From Actinomycetota bacterium (GTDB taxonomy: Bacteria; Actinomycetota; Actinomycetes; S36-B12; UBA5976): DNA of 64,000 bases. Both the position numbers and the translations under genes were made by a program. Shown piece by piece: positions 29,066 through 38,032 of this stretch. Location: assembly GCA_947452765.1 (NCBI GenBank), contig CANGDR010000002.1, forward strand, positions 24,407 through 88,406. Direction: 5' to 3'. Each line of letters begins with the position of its first letter. The first letter of the stretch is position 1. The notes under the pieces were generated by a model. It was not told the DNA's origin. It searched no databases and saw only the letters and a program-made list of their open reading frames with translations.

Positions 29066-30406
29066 TTAACCGTTTATGCGAATGAGCTTCTTGTTCAGAA
29101 ACTCTTCGATTCCTAGTGGACCAAGTTCGCGGCCGAAACCAGAGCGCTTAGTGCCACCGAAAGGAAGTTCAGGAGCATCCATACCAACACCGTTGACGTA
29201 AACCATTCCGGTATCTAGGGCATCGGCAACCCGAAGCGCTTGCTTGTCATCAGTGGTAAATAGGTACGAACCCAAACCAAATTGCGAATCGTTGGCAATC
29301 CGAATTGCATCGTCTTCATCTTTTGCGCGGTGGATCTGTGCAACTGGACCAAATAGCTCCTCGCGGAAAATTTCGTTTTCTGGAGTTACTTCGGTTAGAA
29401 CACCGGCTGGGAAGAATGCGCCATTGCGGGCACCAGCACTGACTAATTTCGCGCCTTGCTTTACTGCCCGGCTAACTTGTTCTTCCAGAATTTCGGCAGC
29501 CCGAACTGAACTCAGTGGGCTTGAGATTTCAGCTGACATCATTGCGGCAGTGAACTTTTCAACGAATTCGTCGTATAGACCGTCAACGACAACCATGCGC
29601 TTTGCAGCATTACATGCCTGACCGGTGTTATCTATGCGAGCAATGACTGCAGATTCGATAACTGCATCCATGTCCTTTGTGCTTAGCAGGATGAAAGCAT
29701 CAGAACCACCAAGTTCAAGTACGCACTTCTTGAGGTGACGCCCAGCAATTTCGGCAACTGCTGCGCCGGCTCGTTCTGAACCAGTTAGTGATACGCCACG
29801 AATTGCTGGATGTGGAATCATGTCGGCGATTTGCTCATTAGATGCAAATAGGTTTACGTAAACGCCTGCCGGTACGCCTGCATCTGCGAAAATTTTGACG
29901 ATGGCCAATGCAGATTCAGGACATTGTGGGGCGTGCTTCAAAATAACGGTGTTACCCGCAACCAGGTTTGGACCAGCAAAGCGGGCAACCTGGTATGCCG
30001 GGAAGTTCCACGGCATGATTCCAAGCAGTGCGCCAACTGAAGACTTTCGCATTACAGCGGTGCCTTCTCCGCCAGAGAGTTCAATTGGTGTGTCTGCTAA
30101 TAACGATGCAGCGTTGTCTGCGTAGTACTGATAGATGTATCCAGAAAATTCAACTTCGCCTGCGGCGTCAGCCAATGGCTTTCCCATTTCGCGATTAATG
30201 ATCGCAGCTAGTTCATCTTGGCGATCAATGTGTAGCTGGCCGATGCGATGAACGATAGCGGCACGCTCTTTTAATGAGACTTTGCTCCATGCCTTGTGGG
30301 CATTGGCTGCCGCAGTAATTGCATCACGGCATTGCGCATCAGTAGCAGTTGCGAATTCTTGTTCAACGACACCTGTTGCAGGGTTGAGAACTTGATATTG
30401 GCTCAT
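29066..30406 (-). CDS. NAD(P)-dependent aldehyde dehydrogenase (succinate-semialdehyde/aminoaldehyde type)
   Basis: Catalytic Glu box VLELGGSDA, catalytic Cys box NTGQACNAAKR, C-terminal GGTKRSGFGRE. Confidence 0.88.
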   Translation of the reverse strand: MSQYQVLNPATGVVEQEFATATDAQCRDAITAAANAHKAWSKVSLKERAAIVHRIGQLHIDRQDELAAIINREMGKPLADAAGEVEFSGYIYQYYADNAASLLADTPIELSGGEGTAVMRKSSVGALLGIMPWNFPAYQVARFAGPNLVAGNTVILKHAPQCPESALAIVKIFADAGVPAGVYVNLFASNEQIADMIPHPAIRGVSLTGSERAGAAVAEIAGRHLKKCVLELGGSDAFILLSTKDMDAVIESAVIARIDNTGQACNAAKRMVVVDGLYDEFVEKFTAAMMSAEISSPLSSVRAAEILEEQVSRAVKQGAKLVSAGARNGAFFPAGVLTEVTPENEIFREELFGPVAQIHRAKDEDDAIRIANDSQFGLGSYLFTTDDKQALRVADALDTGMVYVNGVGMDAPELPFGGTKRSGFGRELGPLGIEEFLNKKLIRING

Positions 30407-30502
30407 TCGACATTCCTTTTTTGAAACGAAAGTTGGATTTTGTTAATTTATCCCACAATACTCAAGGTGCAACCCTGCTGTCAGGGAGTTTTTTGCGATA
30501 TC

Positions 30503-30536
30503 TTTCGTGAATTTATGAAATAACTACGAAATTCGT
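30503..30536. promoter_or_regulatory. AT-rich palindromes in the divergent aldehyde-DH / lrp promoter; candidate Lrp/AsnC operators
   Basis: TTTCGTGAATTTATGAAA (30503-30520, 14 of 18 self-complementary) and ACGAAATTCGT (30526-36, perfect 5-1-5 palindrome). Related ACTACGAA(T/A) words recur at 30523-30531 and 30575-30583. Confidence 0.35.
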
Positions 30537-30601
30537 GAGAAATTTAGGATATTCCTTCGAAATCGCTTGTTTTTACTACGAATACCCTTGAAACTGGATA
30601 C

Positions 30602-31060
30602 ATGTCCAAAGTCACTGTTCTCGATGATGTCTCCAAAGCCATCATCGAGCAACTGCAGCAAGACGGACGGCGCCCTTACGCAACTATCGGTAAGGCTGTT
30701 GGATTATCCGAAGCTGCAGTTCGCCAACGGGTTAGCAAACTCCTGGAAACCGGAGTTATGCAGATCGTTGCGGTAACTGATCCACTACAAGTCGGATTTA
30801 ATCGCGAAGCGATGATCGGAATTGAAGTTGATGGTGACATGGAAGCAGTCGCAGACGTGCTTTCTGAGATGGATGAGATCAGTTACATCATCCTGACGGC
30901 AGGAAGCTTCGACATAATTCTCGAAGTTGTCTGTGAAGACGATGAAGCACTTCTTGAAGTGATCAATCGTCAGATTCGTGCGATTCCTGGGGTCCGACGC
31001 ACGGAAACATTCATGTATTTGAAACTGCGCAAGCAGAGCTATACCTGGGGAACCCGCTAA
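30602..31060 (+). CDS. Lrp/AsnC family transcriptional regulator
   Basis: N-terminal HTH LDDVSKAIIEQLQQDGRRPYATIGKAVGLSEAAVRQRV plus a C-terminal RAM-like domain. 152 aa. Confidence 0.9.
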   Translation: MSKVTVLDDVSKAIIEQLQQDGRRPYATIGKAVGLSEAAVRQRVSKLLETGVMQIVAVTDPLQVGFNREAMIGIEVDGDMEAVADVLSEMDEISYIILTAGSFDIILEVVCEDDEALLEVINRQIRAIPGVRRTETFMYLKLRKQSYTWGTR

Positions 31061-31080
31061 CTAAAAACATTGGATACGTA

Positions 31081-32469
31081 ATGACAGCACTAGAAGATAG
31101 AACAAAGAACTCGGCACTTTCAGACATGGCGCGCGATCGCCTCTGGATGCACTTCACTCGTCACTCCACTTACGAAAACGGTGGCGAAGTTCCAATCATC
31201 AGTCGTGGCGAAGGTGCATACATTTATGACGAACACGGCAAGAAGTACCTCGATGGTCTAGCAGGCCTGTTCACAGTTCAAATTGGCCACGGTCGACGCG
31301 AACTTGCCGAAGCAGCTGCAAAGCAGATGCAGGAACTATCCTTTTTCCCACTTTGGTCATATGCCCACCCAAAGGCAGTAGAGCTAGCCGAACGCTTGAT
31401 TAGCTACGCACCGAGTTCACTTAACCGTGTCTTCTTCACCACTGGTGGTGGCGAAGCCGTTGAGTCCGCTTGGAAAGCAGCCAAGATGTACTACAAGCTA
31501 ACCGGCAAGCCGATGAAGCATAAAGTTATTAGTCGCGCAGTTGCATATCACGGCACTCCACAAGGCGCACTAGCAATTACAGGTATTCCAGATGCTAAGA
31601 AGTATTTCGAGCCGTTAACTCCTGGTGGTTTCCGAGTTCCAAATACTAACTTCTACCGCGCCGAGTATCACCAAGATGACATCAAAGCATTCGGTCGTTG
31701 GGCTGCAGATCGGATTGAAGAAGCAATTCTTTTTGAAGGCGCAGACACAGTTGCCGCAGTATTCCTTGAGCCAGTTCAAAATTCCGGTGGTTGTTTCCCA
31801 CCACCACCGGGATACCTAGAGCGAGTTCGCGAAATTTGCGATCAGTACGACGTACTTTTCGTCGCTGATGAAACAATCTGTGCTTTCGGACGTATCGGTG
31901 ACATGTTTGCGATGAAGCGTTTCGGTGTAGATCCAGACATCATCACAACTGCAAAGGGTATGACTTCGGGCTACTCCCCAATCGGTGCAATGCTAGTTGG
32001 CGACAAAGTGTTCGAACCATTCAAGAAGGGCAACACTTACTTTGCGCATGGTTACACCTTCGGCGGTCACCCAGTTTCTGCTGCAGTTGCTCTAGCTAAC
32101 CTAGATATCTTCGACAAAGAAGGAATTAACCAGCACGTTCGCGATAACGAAAATCAATTCCGTCAAACTCTTGAAAAACTCAAGAATCTTGACATCGTTG
32201 GAGACGTTCGTGGCGAAGGCTTCTTCTATGGCATCGAGCTCGTAAAGGACAAAGCAACCAAGGAATCATTTAACGATGATGAATGTGAGCGATTGCTTCG
32301 TGGCTATCTATCTAAAGCGCTATTCGAAAATGGTTTGTACTGTCGCGCCGATGATCGTGGCGACCCGGTAATTCAGTTGGCACCGCCACTAATTATTGGT
32401 CAGCCAGAATTTGATGAGATCGAACAGATCTTGCGCCATGTGCTAACAGAGGGACAGAACATCCTCTAA
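31081..32469 (+). CDS. class III (omega-amine) aminotransferase
   Basis: PLP lysine context DIITTAKGMTSGYSPIGA, FVADETICAFGRIG, 462 aa. Confidence 0.88.
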   Translation: MTALEDRTKNSALSDMARDRLWMHFTRHSTYENGGEVPIISRGEGAYIYDEHGKKYLDGLAGLFTVQIGHGRRELAEAAAKQMQELSFFPLWSYAHPKAVELAERLISYAPSSLNRVFFTTGGGEAVESAWKAAKMYYKLTGKPMKHKVISRAVAYHGTPQGALAITGIPDAKKYFEPLTPGGFRVPNTNFYRAEYHQDDIKAFGRWAADRIEEAILFEGADTVAAVFLEPVQNSGGCFPPPPGYLERVREICDQYDVLFVADETICAFGRIGDMFAMKRFGVDPDIITTAKGMTSGYSPIGAMLVGDKVFEPFKKGNTYFAHGYTFGGHPVSAAVALANLDIFDKEGINQHVRDNENQFRQTLEKLKNLDIVGDVRGEGFFYGIELVKDKATKESFNDDECERLLRGYLSKALFENGLYCRADDRGDPVIQLAPPLIIGQPEFDEIEQILRHVLTEGQNIL

Positions 32470-32487
32470 TGACCGGTATTTACAAAA

Positions 32488-33153
32488 ATGACTAGCTCAG
32501 TTGGAGCGACGGACCGAACTTCGGTCCGTCGCTTTCCTGAAAAAGCAGTTAAAGAACGAGAAGCGATCAACAGTATTCTCGATGCTGGATTAGTTGCGCA
32601 TGTTTCATGCGTTGTAGACGGCCAGCCATTTGTGATGCCAGTTGGTTACGCTCGCGATGGTGATCGAGTCCTATTTCACGGGTCAACCGCTTCCCGACTT
32701 TTTAAGACGTTAGCGACCGGTCAACCTAGTTGTTTTACGGTCACATTGCTTGATGGCATGGTGCTAGCCCGCAGTGCATTTGAATCCAGCATGCATTATC
32801 GCTGCGTGATTGCCTTGGGATCTTGTGAAGTGCTTGAAGGCGAAGAAAAAGAAGCAGCATTAATTCGAATCACTGATCATTTACTACCTGGTCGCACTGA
32901 TGAGGCTCGAAAGGCTGCACCTAAGGAATCAAAAGCAACTTTGGTGCTTGCCCTCAACCTCGATGAGGTTTCTTGCAAAGTGAGTGAAGGCGATCCCGAT
33001 GATGTACCAAGCGATCTGACGGATCCAATTTATTCAAACATCTGGGCTGGCTACGTTCCAATGACGGAAGTCTTTGGTGAACCCGTCTCAGACCCACTTA
33101 CAACCGAAAAGAATATTCCAGTCCCGGACTACATAAGGAAATGGACTCGCTAA
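32488..33153 (+). CDS. pyridoxamine 5'-phosphate oxidase-like (FMN-binding split-barrel) protein
   Basis: Size and the pattern ..GLVAHVSCVVDGQPFVMPVGYARDGDRVLFHGS.. are typical of the Pyridox_ox_2-type family. The call is tentative. Confidence 0.55.
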   Translation: MTSSVGATDRTSVRRFPEKAVKEREAINSILDAGLVAHVSCVVDGQPFVMPVGYARDGDRVLFHGSTASRLFKTLATGQPSCFTVTLLDGMVLARSAFESSMHYRCVIALGSCEVLEGEEKEAALIRITDHLLPGRTDEARKAAPKESKATLVLALNLDEVSCKVSEGDPDDVPSDLTDPIYSNIWAGYVPMTEVFGEPVSDPLTTEKNIPVPDYIRKWTR

Positions 33154-33154
33154 C

Positions 33155-34537
33155 ATGACCGACTACCGCTCTAAATCCTTCTGGTGGAGCACGCTTTCCG
33201 AAGAACTAGCTACCGCAAATCGGCCAGCGCTGTATAGCGAGATCGATGTTGATGTAGCGATAGTTGGTGCGGGATACACCGGACTGTGGACCGCCTACTA
33301 CCTGCAACGGCAAAACCCAGACCTAACAATTGCGATTTTGGATGCAGAAGTTGCTGGCTTTGGAGCTTCGGGTCGCAACGGTGGTTGGTGCTCGGCCTAC
33401 TTCCCTACTGAAATCGACAAACTTGGTCGGGAATTTGGGCGCGATGCGGCGCGAGCTATGCAGGACGCAATGCATGACACGGTTACTGAAGTTGAAAACG
33501 TAGTTCGCGACGAGAACATCGATTGCGATTGGAAGCGAGGCGGCACTTTAATGTTTGCTCGAACCCCATTGCAGTGGAAACGTGCTCAAGAATATATTCA
33601 GCACTGGCGGGACTGGGACTACGGCCCCGAAGACTATTCCTTGCTTTCTGCAGCTGAAGCTAAAGAACGCGCTACTGCCGCGAATACCTTTGGGGCAACT
33701 TACACGAAACATGTTGCTGCAATTAATCCAGTAAAACTAGTTCGTCGTCTAGCCCAGATTGTTGAATCTCGCGGTGCAACGATCTATGAACACAGTCCGG
33801 TTACTCGGATTGCACCTGGTGTTGCGCAAACCGATAACGGATTAGTTCGTGCGCGGTATGTAGTGCGTGCTACCGAGGGATATACGAAAACAATCGCAGG
33901 AGCAAAGCGCAAGATTGCTCCTATTTATTCACTAATGATTGCCACTGAACCCCTTGGGGATGACATCTGGGAACAAATTGGTCTGAAGGAACGCGAAACT
34001 TTTGGTGACTGGCGAAACTTGGTCATCTATGGCCAACGGACTGCAGACAATCGGTTCGCATTTGGTGGCCGAGGTGCGCCTTATCATTTTGGTTCCACAA
34101 TTAAATCGGAATACGACAAGCATGAAGGAGTTCATTCCTCACTACTCGATGTACTTGCTGAAATTTTCCCAGTTGTAGCGAATGCAACCGTGACGCACTC
34201 ATGGGGTGGACCACTTGGCGTCGCTCGTGACTGGATGGCATCGGCTGGATTGGACCGCGAAACGGGCCTTGCTTGGGCCGGTGGCTACGTAGGTGACGGT
34301 GTTGGTACTACCAACCTTGCTGGACGTACCTTGGCAGATTTAATCACCCACCAAGACACCGCAATTACAAAACTTCCTTGGGTTAACCACAAATCCCCAA
34401 ATTGGGAAGTTGAACCACTTCGTTGGATTGGCGCTAATGCTGGCCTTCGAATCATGACAGCAGCAGATAACTCTGAAGATAAGAGTGGTAAGCCATCAAA
34501 GCTTGCAGCTGTTGTCAACGGTTTCTTAGGAAAGTAG
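33155..34537 (+). CDS. FAD-dependent oxidoreductase (DAO family)
   Basis: VDVAIVGAGYTGLWTAYYL..ILDA dinucleotide fold. Paralog of 27361-28782. Start is 1 nt after the upstream stop. Confidence 0.8.
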   Translation: MTDYRSKSFWWSTLSEELATANRPALYSEIDVDVAIVGAGYTGLWTAYYLQRQNPDLTIAILDAEVAGFGASGRNGGWCSAYFPTEIDKLGREFGRDAARAMQDAMHDTVTEVENVVRDENIDCDWKRGGTLMFARTPLQWKRAQEYIQHWRDWDYGPEDYSLLSAAEAKERATAANTFGATYTKHVAAINPVKLVRRLAQIVESRGATIYEHSPVTRIAPGVAQTDNGLVRARYVVRATEGYTKTIAGAKRKIAPIYSLMIATEPLGDDIWEQIGLKERETFGDWRNLVIYGQRTADNRFAFGGRGAPYHFGSTIKSEYDKHEGVHSSLLDVLAEIFPVVANATVTHSWGGPLGVARDWMASAGLDRETGLAWAGGYVGDGVGTTNLAGRTLADLITHQDTAITKLPWVNHKSPNWEVEPLRWIGANAGLRIMTAADNSEDKSGKPSKLAAVVNGFLGK

Positions 34538-34543
34538 TTCTAG

Positions 34544-35383
34544 ATGGCCGCAATACTCCTATCCCTAATAAGTGCAGTTCTCTATGGGCTAGGTGATTTT
34601 TGGGGAGCGCTTGCATCTCGGCGTTCGCACATCTTGCAGGTTCTACCTGCAATCTTGATTTCTGGAACTTTAACGGTTTACTTACTGATTCCATGGCTTG
34701 GCGCCGACTTCACGCCTGATGCAATTAAGTTCGGAGTTGCGAGTGGATTCTTTGGCGGCGCAGGATTCTTTATCTTTTACCGCGCACTTGCTATCGGACC
34801 TATGGGAATTGCCAGCGCAATCATCGCTATTGTTTCCACTGCAATCATGTACATAGTTGATGTGTTAAAAGGAACTAGCGTAACTCCATTAGGAATTGCG
34901 GGTGCAATCGTCGCTATGCTTTCCATCGTTTTAGTTTCAAAATCAACCGAAGATGCAACCCATCCAGTAACCGCAAAAATGGTAAAAGCTGCCGTCTTCG
35001 CTGGGGTAATTGTTTCTGGCTTCTTCATGTTGTTGGCTTATGCACCGAAAGATGTTGGCGTGGCAACTTTTGTCTGCACTCGTACTACGCAACTGGTTCT
35101 AATACTTGCCGCAGCATTTATCTGGCGAAATAAGATCACCCGAGGCGCGAAGCCTAAACTGGCAATGTCAGTTGGGGCGGGCGTAGGCGACGCACTTGCT
35201 GCAGTTGCATTTATCTTTGCTAATCACACAGGTTCACTTGCTTTTGTTGCCGTTATTTCAAACTTATATCCAGCAGTTACCTTGATAATTGCGCACTTTG
35301 TTATTCATGAGCGCGTTGAGCGACATCAATATATTGGCATGGCTGGAGCAGTTGCTTCGGTTGCTCTTCTAACGCTGGCCTAA
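34544..35383 (+). CDS. DMT-superfamily (EamA-like) transporter
   Basis: 279 aa and polytopic. Clearly alignable with the 37157-37993 paralog (..GDFWGALASRRSHILQVLP.. vs ..GDYWGGLATRHSPLLKVLP..). Confidence 0.7.
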   Translation: MAAILLSLISAVLYGLGDFWGALASRRSHILQVLPAILISGTLTVYLLIPWLGADFTPDAIKFGVASGFFGGAGFFIFYRALAIGPMGIASAIIAIVSTAIMYIVDVLKGTSVTPLGIAGAIVAMLSIVLVSKSTEDATHPVTAKMVKAAVFAGVIVSGFFMLLAYAPKDVGVATFVCTRTTQLVLILAAAFIWRNKITRGAKPKLAMSVGAGVGDALAAVAFIFANHTGSLAFVAVISNLYPAVTLIIAHFVIHERVERHQYIGMAGAVASVALLTLA

Positions 35384-35447
35384 GCGGCCGAGATTCTAAC
35401 TCTGGCCTAAGCGGCCGTGATTCTAACTCTGGCCTAAGTAAGCCAAG
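35367..35447. repeat. 27-nt tandem repeat (about 2.7 copies) duplicating the transporter 3' end and stop codon
   Basis: ttctaacgctggcctaagcggccgaga / ttctaactctggcctaagcggccgtga / ttctaactctggcctaagtaagccaag. The period is exactly 27 (ttctaac at 35367, 35394, 35421). Confidence 0.9.
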
Positions 35448-36186
35448 ATTTAATTTGGTATCCAGCGTCAGTCAGAGTCTGGTGAATCGAAGCAGCTGAG
35501 GCGACTGCCCCAGGAGTATCGCCATGCAGGCAAATGGATTCTGCCAATACTGAAACTGGAGTCGCTTCGTTAGATGCAATTACGCCAGTTTCCAACCACT
35601 GCAAAACCCGCTTTGATATTTCCGCTTCATCTTCCAAAACTGAACCACTTACGGTTCGTGGAACGAGCGTTCCCACTGGTAAGTAGGCGCGATCAGCGAA
35701 GAATTCATGTACCGAAGTTAGGCCAGCTTCACTTGCTACGGACTTTGTCATTTCAGAGTCAGGAATTAGCACATGAAGTGTGGCGTCAATGTCTGCAATC
35801 GCATCTATCACTGCCTGTGCCTGGGATTTATCGTGTCCCATTCGGTGATACAAAGCGCCATGTGGTTTGACGTACTTCATTTCGCCGCCAGCTAGTTTTA
35901 CAATTTCCAGCAAATCGTTAATTTGATCGAAAACCAATTTGCGTAAATCTTCATAGGAAATTTCTACATCGATTCGGCCAAAGTTTTCCCGGTCGTCATA
36001 TCCAACGTGGGCCCCGATGACTACACCATGTCGAATTGCAGCCTCGACAGCTTTACTCATGGAATCTGGACCGCCGGCATGCCGACCGCAACAAATATTC
36101 GCGCTCGATAAGTACTGGTACATCGCCTCATCATCGCCACACTCTTCGGCTAGATCAGCGTTTAGGTCTATTCGGGTTACGCCCAT
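35434..36186 (-). CDS. pxpA: LamB/YcsF family protein (5-oxoprolinase subunit A-like, PxpA)
   Basis: IDLNADLAEECGDD..SSANICCGRHAGGP..GAHVGYDD motifs. Likely start ATG 36186 overlaps the upstream gene by 10 nt. Confidence 0.8.
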   Translation of the reverse strand: MGVTRIDLNADLAEECGDDEAMYQYLSSANICCGRHAGGPDSMSKAVEAAIRHGVVIGAHVGYDDRENFGRIDVEISYEDLRKLVFDQINDLLEIVKLAGGEMKYVKPHGALYHRMGHDKSQAQAVIDAIADIDATLHVLIPDSEMTKSVASEAGLTSVHEFFADRAYLPVGTLVPRTVSGSVLEDEAEISKRVLQWLETGVIASNEATPVSVLAESICLHGDTPGAVASAASIHQTLTDAGYQIKSWLT

Positions 36187-37013
36187 GGTTTTGCCTTCAA
36201 ACCATGGCGTCCGGCATACTGCGCGAATTCCGGCTGCTTCCAACCGGCAAGCAATGAATCGGTTGGCTTAAAGACTTCAATCCCGAGCGGGCGACATACA
36301 TCCACCGGATCTTTTGCATCTGGTCCCCACAGTGGAACTGATAGATCGCCACCAGGGCAAGTAGAGAGGGCTGCGATTAAATCGATCTCTGCGAAGAATT
36401 CAAAGTAGTCGCCTTTTTTAGCTGGGCAAGTTTTCATGAAGTATTGATCTTTGTCATTTAGGCCGGTGCACTGGAAAACGTTTAGTACGTCATGTACGTC
36501 GAATTCCGTCATACCAAAAGGAAGTACAGCTCGGACTAAGTTGGAATGACAGTGATAATCAAAATCCTCACCAGTCAACATGCGATTTACGTAAGGGTCG
36601 CAGCGAGTTCCCAAAAGATCGTGGACTCTCCCGCCTTCGTTATCTACTCCGTAATTTTCTAATGTGTCAGCAACGATGGTTGCCATCGGGCGTAGGTAAG
36701 GCAGCGTGGACCAAAGGCGGTTAAAGGTAGTTAGGTGGGCTGCGTGTAGTTGCTTAGTGCGCGAGGCCCAAAACCGCTCCCTTGGGTTATCTGCACTCCA
36801 CAGATTTAGGTCTGCAACTTGTGGACCTTCGATGGTTGTAATGCGACAAACTGATCCGGCAGGAATCTTCCAGCCAATGCCACTACGGATTGGCAAGTGG
36901 ATCGATTCGGTTAACTTGCGCGCGCCATCATTGGCAATTGCGCGGTAAAAGTCGCGATCGACATCTAAGGGGCCACCTTCAGTGGCTTGGTATGCAGCAG
37001 CTGTTAAGTCCAT
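36177..37013 (-). CDS. DUF1989 (urea-carboxylase-associated) family protein
   Basis: Pattern ..IEGPQVADLNLW.., ..HDLLGTRCDPY.., ..CHSNL.., ..GDYFEFFAEIDLIAALSTCPGGD.. matches my recollection of DUF1989. Confidence 0.65.
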   Translation of the reverse strand: MDLTAAAYQATEGGPLDVDRDFYRAIANDGARKLTESIHLPIRSGIGWKIPAGSVCRITTIEGPQVADLNLWSADNPRERFWASRTKQLHAAHLTTFNRLWSTLPYLRPMATIVADTLENYGVDNEGGRVHDLLGTRCDPYVNRMLTGEDFDYHCHSNLVRAVLPFGMTEFDVHDVLNVFQCTGLNDKDQYFMKTCPAKKGDYFEFFAEIDLIAALSTCPGGDLSVPLWGPDAKDPVDVCRPLGIEVFKPTDSLLAGWKQPEFAQYAGRHGLKAKPWA

Positions 37014-37156
37014 GCGACGAGACTAACATCCGGAATCTGGCAGTGCCCTTCAGTCTTAGGGTTCACTAATGCCAGCAACACAGCCAATAAGACTCGACCA
37101 AAAAATAGTTCCAGTTTCCCTGCTCCTAGCAATACCTATGGCTAGGGTGAGTCTCA

Positions 37157-37993
37157 ATGGTTGCTATCCTGCTTGCATTCGGATGCGCGCTTTCCTATGG
37201 TTTCGGAGACTACTGGGGCGGCCTTGCAACGCGCCATAGCCCGTTACTGAAAGTCCTTCCAATCACGGTTGTAACTGGCTTGATTTCCTTGCTAATTGCA
37301 TGGCCAATCTTGGGTGCTGACTTCTCTCGCCCAGCGGTAATTTCTGGTTTGCTTGCGGGCACAGCCGGTATCGCTGGCTACATATTTGTGATGAAGTCAC
37401 TTGGTCTAGGGCCAATGGGCGCGGTTGCACCGATCACTGCGTTAATAGCAGTGATTATTCCATTCTGTGTTGGCCTATTCCGGGGCGAGCGATTGACGAT
37501 AACAGGTTCAATCGGTGCGCTGCTCGCCATGATTTCAATCGGATTGGTCAGTAGATCGACAGTTGACGCTACTCACCCGCTAACTAAAACTGCAGCTATC
37601 TATGCGGTGCTTGGCGGACTTGGTTTCGCAGGCTTTCTATTAGGAGTCAGTAGCGCGCCAAAGGAGTCGGGGCTGGCGCCAGTCATAATTGGTCGAATTG
37701 TTACTTTGGTTGTCTTTACCGTCGCCATGCTCGTCACCTGGAAGCGCATTGCAGATCAACCCGTCGATTACAAGCGTGCGGCGGCGGCTGGTGCACTCGA
37801 TGTTTGGGGTGGCGTCACTTTTATGATGGCTACTCAGCATGGACAACTGGTTTTGGTTTCGGTAATCGCAGCGCTGTACCCGGCGATAACCGTATTGCTG
37901 GCTCGAGTCTTCCTAAAGGAGCGACTCGAGAGACACCAAGTATTTGGACTCTTTGGCGCTGGTCTAGCGATAATTTTGCTGACAGTTTCCTAA
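37157..37993 (+). CDS. DMT-superfamily (EamA-like) transporter, paralog of 34544-35383
   Basis: 278 aa, collinear similarity to the other copy over the full length. Confidence 0.7.
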   Translation: MVAILLAFGCALSYGFGDYWGGLATRHSPLLKVLPITVVTGLISLLIAWPILGADFSRPAVISGLLAGTAGIAGYIFVMKSLGLGPMGAVAPITALIAVIIPFCVGLFRGERLTITGSIGALLAMISIGLVSRSTVDATHPLTKTAAIYAVLGGLGFAGFLLGVSSAPKESGLAPVIIGRIVTLVVFTVAMLVTWKRIADQPVDYKRAAAAGALDVWGGVTFMMATQHGQLVLVSVIAALYPAITVLLARVFLKERLERHQVFGLFGAGLAIILLTVS

Positions 37994-38032
37994 TTCCAGG
38001 GTCTTTTTCCTGGTAATGGTGTGTCGGTTGCA

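Noticed and set aside
37996-38013. Hairpin ccagg-gtcttttt-cctgg right after the second DMT transporter as a terminator
   Set aside because: The stem is only 5 bp and no U-tract follows. That is too weak to call.
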